Of a stretch of DNA of 50,475 bases, positions 44,557 to 50,475 are shown piece by piece. Location: positions 1 to 50,475 of the forward strand of contig CAAFXQ010000261.1 in NCBI GenBank assembly GCA_900767015.1, written 5' to 3'. Numbering within the stretch: the stretch's first letter is position 1; the number at the start of each line of letters is the position of its first letter. This stretch comes from Clostridia bacterium. GTDB taxonomy: Bacteria; Bacillota; Clostridia; Oscillospirales; Acutalibacteraceae. Under the pieces are notes generated by a model that saw only the letters and a program-made list of their open reading frames with translations, was not told where the DNA came from and made no database searches. The translations under genes were made by a program, and so were the position numbers.

Positions 44557-44851
44557 TATAAATTTTAATTATTTTTTTATTTCTGCGTTTTGTATAGCCG
44601 AAGAGTTTTATTTTTGTGCAGATTTACCATTCGGCGTTATTAACAAAATTTATTCGGACTATCGGTGAAAATTGCATAAAACAATGGTTTTTTCTTATGT
44701 TTCGTTTAAAGTATACAATAGCTTGATTGATTTCGCTTATTATTACTGTATGTTGTATGCAATAATTTTGCTGCTTGTTTCCGATAAAAACCGGGGCTGC
44801 CTTGTCGTTTTTGCCGAACTGTTTTTCTTGTTCCTGCTGCTTTGCAAAACT

Positions 44852-44883
44852 AACAGCCGACAAGCTACTGTCTGCCGGCTGTT
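44852..44883 (-). terminator. ridA terminator hairpin
   Basis: AACAGCCGACA...TGCCGGCTGTT stem (one mismatch) directly after the ridA stop, then TAGTTTTGC on the minus strand. A T-run also follows on the + strand. Confidence 0.6.
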
Positions 44884-44893
44884 CTCTCTGTTT

Positions 44894-45268
44894 TTATTTT
44901 TCCGCAATCACTTCAACTTCAACCAATGCACCTTTCGGAAGTTCCTTTACTGCCACACAGGAACGAGCGGGCTTTCCGCTGAAATATTCGGCGTAAACTT
45001 CGTTAAATGCTGCAAAATCGGTCATCTCTTTTAAGAAGCAGACCGTCTTGACTGCCTTATCAAGGGAAGAACCTGCCGCTTCTAACACGGCTTTCAGATT
45101 CCGGCAAACCCGGTGAGTCTGTTCTGCGATTGCCGTTCCCTCTATGGCTCCCGTTTTCGGATTCAGCGGAATCTGACCCGAGGTAAATACAAGATTGGCG
45201 ACAACGGTTGCCTGCGAATACGGTCCGATTGCCGCCGGTGCGTTTTCTGTCTGAACTTTACTGATCAT
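44894..45268 (-). CDS. ridA: RidA family (YjgF/L-PSP) reactive-intermediate deaminase
   Basis: MISKVQTENAPAAIGPYSQATVVANLVFTSGQIPLNPKTG..; C-terminal ARSCVAVKELPKGALVEVEVIA. Confidence 0.92.
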   Translation of the reverse strand: MISKVQTENAPAAIGPYSQATVVANLVFTSGQIPLNPKTGAIEGTAIAEQTHRVCRNLKAVLEAAGSSLDKAVKTVCFLKEMTDFAAFNEVYAEYFSGKPARSCVAVKELPKGALVEVEVIAEK

Positions 45269-45337
45269 TTCAATTTCTTCCTTTCATTCGTAACAGATTC
45301 AGCTTCGCCTCTCACTTTCCGAAGCTTTTGTACTAAG

Positions 45338-45367
45338 AAGGGTGCAGGTTCAAACCTGCACCCCTTG
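45338..45367 (-). terminator. Terminator of the InlB B-repeat protein gene
   Basis: GGGTGCAGGT pairs with ACCTGCACCC (10 bp, loop TTGA on the minus strand), 16 nt after the stop at 45383. Confidence 0.7.
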
Positions 45368-45382
45368 TGTGTTAACTTGGCA

Positions 45383-48300
45383 TCAGCTGTAATATCTCGG
45401 ATCCGGATTCTTACAGCACTTGAAGTCACCGACAAGCATCTTGATAATCTTGTGGAAGAAGCGGAAGATTGTCGGCCAGAAGCCGTCTCTGTGGCATGTG
45501 CAGGTACATTTTTCAACGTGAATCGTCGGTACCTTGCTCATGTCAATTGAGCCGTCCGGGTTAACCGTTACATCGGCGGTAACCGTATCAACGTCCTCGC
45601 CGGAAATAACGATTGTGTACGCCTTTGCTTCTTCGACAACAAGGGTTACCTTGCCGTTCTGGTCAGTGATACCGGAGGTTACAAATTCGCCCTTGTCGTA
45701 AAGCGATACGGTTGCGCCCTGTACGGGAGCGCCGTCCTGATCAACGAGCGTGATGTTGACGAAGATGTAATCCTTATCGGGAATAATTTCTTCCTTTGTT
45801 TCGCCGCAGCGGTCACACTGATACTTGATGTAGCCGGCCTGTTCATATGTCGGCTCCTTCGTTTCAATAACGATCCAATTGTGTCCGAGAGGCTTACCGG
45901 TGCTTACGGTGTAGCTGTATCCGCAGTCGCTGCAGGTGTAGGTTGTGCCTGCGCCGTGCGTGCAGTCAGCTTCCGTCTTAGCAGAGGTGTACGTATGTTC
46001 AATCTTCTTGAACTTAGCGACGATATAAAGCGTCTCCGTTACAATTTCGTCGTTTCTTGACCAACCGTCAAAGACATAGTGGCCGTAAGCATCAACATCA
46101 GATTTTGTCGGAGTTTTGCCCGTGTAAGCGGGAACAGGACTTCCGCCTTGTACGTCTTTGAAGATCTGAAGGACGTTATCGGAATCGATGGCATAGATAA
46201 CATTGTAATACTTCGGTTTTTCGTTATAGGTTGCCGTATAGGTTGCGTCGCCGGTTACGATTTTCTTAACCTCCGGCGTCCAGCCGGCAAACTCATAGGA
46301 AACAGAAGCGGTGTCTTCCTTCGATGCGGTCGGGATCATATCGGAAATATCCGTACCGTATTTCAGATAGCCGAGTGTTTTGATAATGGAGCCGTCATCG
46401 TTGAGGAATTTTACCATGTAGATTGTATCGTCTTCAACAACCTTGATGCAACGTTCACACTTCTTGACGCTGTTGCCGTTTTCATCGATATACGGTACGC
46501 CCCATGAGTGGCCGAGCGCCGGTGTTGTGTCTTCGGTTACGGTATAGCCGCACTCACATTTAAACGTGGTTGTACCTGCTGTTTCACAATCAGCCTCAGT
46601 GGAATGAATTGCATTCTTGATGTGTTTTACGGCCGTGAACTTCGGTGTTACATAGGTCGGAGCCAGAATGTTTTCAAGGCTGTCGGACCAGCCGGAGAAT
46701 ACATAATGATTGTCAGCGTCGTAAGCCTTTGTCGGTGTTGCACCGGTGTAAACCGCTGTCTCGCCGGCCTTGACGGTCATGGTCAGAATTACATTGTCTG
46801 TATCATAGCCAAAGACAACCGTGTACTCTCTGCGTACTGCCTCGTAAACCGGAACGAGAATTGCATCGGAAGCGACAATTTTCCATGTCTTTGATGCGGT
46901 TGCATCAGCTGCGCCCTGTTTCTTCCAACCGATATAAACGTAATCGTTAAGCGCTGTGGATTTCTTTTCGGGGGCTTCGGGAAGATTGACAACCTCTTCG
47001 TTATGGAGATAACCGATCTTCTGAATCTGTGTTGTTGTTCCGTCTGTGTTTTCTCTTACGAGGGTGACGGCATAGTTGACATATCTTGAATCATAGACAG
47101 CCTTCAGGGTGATGTTCGCCTTGACCTCAAGCGGAAGCGTTACGGTGTTGCCCTTTGCGTCTTCCCAATGTGAGAAAGTATACTTATAAGTGGCGTCGCT
47201 GTCCTTTGCGGTTGCGGGCGCTTCCGTTGCGATAACGGTTTCGCCTTCAAGCTTCTTCACCGTTGTCGGAGTACCTTCTACGTCGAACGTTACGGTGTAG
47301 GAAACAGCCGGATCAACGTAATCGCCCTGTTTGAAGTGGCCTTCTGTTTCTTCCGGACAGTTCTGGCATTCATAAATTGTATAGCCCTTTTCGGTCTCTG
47401 TCGGCGGAACGACTTGTTTAACCTTGTAGCTGTGGCCGGTTGCCGGAATTTCTTCCTGAGCCTGAACTTCGGTTGTGTCGCACTTCGAGCAATATTGTAC
47501 CTGTAAGCCCTTCTCAAGGCAGGAGGCCGGCTGTGTTACAACCCAGATACCGCTTGCCGTGTGGCCGGTTTTCTCGATTGGTGTAACATCCTTGTAGCCG
47601 CAGTATTTACATTCTTTGGTGATCGAGCCGTTCTCGGTGCAGGTCGGCTTAACTGTTACGGGATAGTAATACTTATGGGCATCGGGATCGATTTCACGCA
47701 GTTCTGTTTTGGTCTGGCTGCAAATCGAGCAGGTATAGGTGTCATAGCCCTCTTTTGAGCAGGTCGAATCCGCATAAGCGGTCAGAACCCAATCGTGCTC
47801 GCCCTTTGTTGACGGATTGTCTTCCCGGATTACCTGATAGCCGCACTTTCTGCAGGTATAGGTTGTAAAGCCGTTTGCTTCACAGGTCGGCTTGGTGTAT
47901 ACGCCGGAATCCATATCGTGACCCTGGGATTCAATCAGAATTCTTCCGCCGATCTCCTGTTGGCAAAGCAGACACTTTCTATACTGATAGCCGTCTTCTT
48001 CACGACCGTCTTTATAGCAGACAGGAGCAACCGTATAGGTCTTTTCCGCATGCTTTCCGACAACCTCGAAGTTCTTCTTTGCTTCGTTGCCGGCGGTATC
48101 CGTAACGACTACCTGATAAAGACCGGCATCGGTAACGGTATATTTTCCGTCAACCAGTTCGATTGCTTCACCGTTGAGCTTTATGGATTCAATTTCTCTG
48201 TTGTCAGAAGCGGTAATGGTCGCTTCGACGCAGTGCTTGTCGTTATAGTGATGATCACTTGAAACGCTGACTTCCGGCTTGGTTGTATCATAAACAAGAA

Positions 48301-50451
48301 GTCCGGAGTTGATATAGGAGACGTTGTTGAGACGGTCGACAATCTTACCGTAGATGACAAACTGGCAGTCATTTTCAAGGTTTGTACCGTCAGCATAGGT
48401 CTTGATGTTGCCGAGGGTGCCCGAAGCGTTTGCTCTCAGGGTAGCCATATAGGCGTCAACTTCCGCAAGCTTCTCCTTGAGAATAGCCTCGTCGCCGCCG
48501 GCTTCGGTTTCAGCCTGAGCGGTCAGATAAGCTTTCGTTTGGTCATAGTTGAATTTTTCTACCCACTGATCATCGGCTATTGCGGCGGGATCAACCTCAC
48601 CGTACTGAACGCTGTATGCGATGATACCAACGCCTGCGCCCTTGCTTCCGTCCTTGTTGAACAGTTCATGAACGTCACCGGCATCAGCGGTGTTGATAAT
48701 AACATTGTTGTCCGGAGCGGCGGGAACAGCGTTTTCAAAGTCAGCCGTATCGCCGGTTACCCATGTTGTGTCTTTTACATAAAGCTTTGCTGTCGGAGCA
48801 ACTTTGTCGGTAAGCTTAGGAATCGTAATTTCTCTTACCATACCGCAGGAACATTTTTCCGTGCCGACGCCTTCTTCAAAGAAGGTCGGTGCCGTCTTGA
48901 CAACGTCAATAGCAAAGGAATGGGCTTCCGTCGTATAGGTAGCGGTGTAAGTCGTATTCTTATCGGTTACGGTTGTATTTTCATCTGTGCCTGCCCAGCC
49001 GGCGAAGGTGTAATGTTCGTCTTCTGTTGAAAGCTTAACCGGAGTCGTGTAAGCGATATCGTCAAGCTTCGTTCCGTACGGAACCTTGAATTCCTGAAGA
49101 ACGGTTGTTCCGTCGTCGTCAAGGAACGTTACGTTACAGGTCATGCCGACTTCTTCATAGGTCGCTTTATATCTTGCCTCGCCGGTGATTCTGTCGCCAC
49201 GTGTATAATAGGTATCGGTCGTACCCTCAAGAAGCCAGCCCTTGAATACCATTTCATAGTTTTCGCCCTTTGTCGGGGTCTTACTTGTCTCGGGCTGCGT
49301 CAGCGGCGCATTGATTCTTTCGTTATAGATATAGCTTTCCTGTTTAAATACATTGCCGTTTTCATCGAGCCATGTTACGGGGTAATAAATATATGACTTT
49401 CTGTATGTTGCCGTATAAACTGCGTCGCCGTTACATACGGTCGAAACATCATTGTCCCATGCCTTGAATTCGTAGCGGTAGGTGTTGTCGGAGGGTTTTG
49501 CTCTTTGTTCCTCGGTCGGAACGGTGACCTTGTCGCCGTAATGAAGAGTCTGTTCGGGAATCATGTCGGTTCCGTCGTCTTTGAGGAACTTAACCGAATA
49601 CTCGGTAACGTCGGCGGTATAGTGTGCATACAGGTCGATTCCGCCGTCGGGCATCGTTGTCACTTCGTTGCCGTCCTTGTCACGCCAGCCGGCGAAAACA
49701 TAATTGGTTGCATAAAGGTCGTCGGCCTTTGTCGGGGTAGCGCCGGTATAGGCGGGAATCGTTCTGCCGGCAACTTCCTTAGCGGATTCAAGGAACTCGT
49801 CGCCGTTATAGTAGTTGACAGTCATAAGCTCTGTCTTGTCATAAACGGCATAGTAGTCAATGTCTCTTGTTGCCGGGATACTACTACTACCGGCGGCTAT
49901 TGTTGAACCGTCCGCAGCCTCAAACCGATTGAAGTTGTACTCATAGGAGTCATCTCTGTATGTCTGTGTTGCGTTAATCTCTCCTACATCGACAGACGAA
50001 CCATGATCAAACTGATTTTTGCCGCTGTTAATCAGCGTACCGTCATAATCATAGAAGTTGATGGTATAGACAGCGGGAGTAACTTCATAATAAGCCTTGT
50101 ATGCGGCGTCACCTTCAACCGTTGCCGGGGGAGTGACTTCGGTCGTGCCGTCTATTGTCCAATATTTATAAGTATATCTGTAACCGTCTTTTGTATAGGA
50201 TTCCGCCGGAACGGGAACTTCATAGGTTTCGCCGTAATGAAGTCCGGGGTAACCGGTCTTGTTGTCTACTCCGTCATAAGAGAAGCTGATTGTATATTCC
50301 TTATATACTTTTTCAAAAACAGGAACATAGACTGCGTCTGTTCTGACGGTGAAATCGGTTGTGATGGGAACATAGTTTTCGCCTTCATAACCGTTTTCAT
50401 CAACAAGATAATAAGCGGTTCTGCCTTCCGGAACTTTTGTAACTTTTGTCC
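45383..50451 (-). CDS. Very large surface/secreted protein with InlB B-repeats (Listeria-Bacteroides repeat), Cys-rich zinc-ribbon-like mini-modules, a CarboxypepD_reg-like domain and a Cys-rich amphipathic tail; 5' end missing at the contig edge
   Basis: My hand translation of the same frame from 49826 up to 50451 finds no stop codon, and the B-repeat pattern continues (..YTINFYDYDGTLINSGKNQFDHGSSV.., ..YTISFSYDGVDNKTGYPGLHYGETYEVP..). Met at 49825 is therefore internal, and at least 1,689 codons are visible. Repeats are of the form Y.V.F.d.dG.....v.yG......P..p.k.....Y.F.GW. Confidence 0.88.
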
Positions 50452-50475
50452 AGATCGGAAGAGCGTCGTGTAGGG
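50452..50475. other. Illumina TruSeq adapter remnant (non-biological)
   Basis: AGATCGGAAGAGCGTCGTGTAGGG equals the start of the standard read-2 adapter-trimming sequence (reverse complement of ...CCCTACACGACGCTCTTCCGATCT of the universal adapter). Confidence 0.95.

Noticed and set aside
44402-45034. Three ORFs (88, 79 and 120 aa) in the AT-rich region upstream of the giant gene.
   Set aside because: They have no SD sequences, a composition typical of AT-rich non-coding DNA (Phe/Ile/Lys/Asn/Cys), and they overlap the ridA terminator or the ridA coding region in antisense.
49823-49825. The ATG given by the ORF track as the start of the 1,480-aa protein.
   Set aside because: The frame stays open upstream to the contig edge with continuing B-repeat sequence, and there is no SD in front of this ATG. 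It is an internal Met.
1-50475. Search for tRNA/rRNA genes, transposases, integrases, phage genes and CRISPR-Cas.
   Set aside because: No intergenic segment contains tRNA-like T-arm or anticodon-stem patterns or rRNA-like sequence. No ORF shows DDE transposase, tyrosine/serine recombinase or Cas signatures on reading the translations.

Overview
This 50,475-nt window looks like the terminal part of a short-read-assembled contig from a Clostridia-type Firmicute. That assignment is an inference from gene content and Shine-Dalgarno style; there is no rRNA or tRNA here to confirm it. The left third (1-16.5 kb) is ordinary chromosome. It carries two tandem cassettes for a ~32-aa hydrophobic holin-like/type I toxin-like peptide with a convergent antisense promoter, then a GPH-family symporter, ppa, nrdR and a tiny acidic Thr-rich lipoprotein. 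A long minus-strand cluster follows: TetR regulator with a phased palindromic operator array, two ABC exporters, LiaF-like and DUF4097 proteins, a flavodoxin-like protein and a lipoprotein. After that come an alpha/beta hydrolase, tcdA, mltG, efp and an acidic Asp/Cys-rich zinc-ribbon protein. Two well-signalled small ORFs (56 aa and 41 aa) are missing from the ORF track. The main feature is one uninterrupted 27.8-kb ORF (16601-44383, minus strand, 9,260 codons, roughly 1 MDa). It has a Sec signal peptide and 15 divergent ~450-680-aa modules sharing a G-x-x-G-Y-x-x-A-I-x-P-L-L-E-A-F-G core. I cannot place it in any characterised adhesin, RTX, NRPS/PKS, polymorphic-toxin or wall-anchor family. 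Its C-terminal half is a ~3-kb two-module super-repeat present about four times. To the right lie ridA and a second very large surface protein with InlB B-repeats, about nine Cys-rich zinc-ribbon-like mini-modules and a Cys-rich amphipathic tail. That ORF is open all the way to the window edge, so the track's start at 49825 is an internal Met. The final 24 nt are Illumina TruSeq adapter. I saw no rRNA, tRNA, CRISPR array, transposase or integrase.
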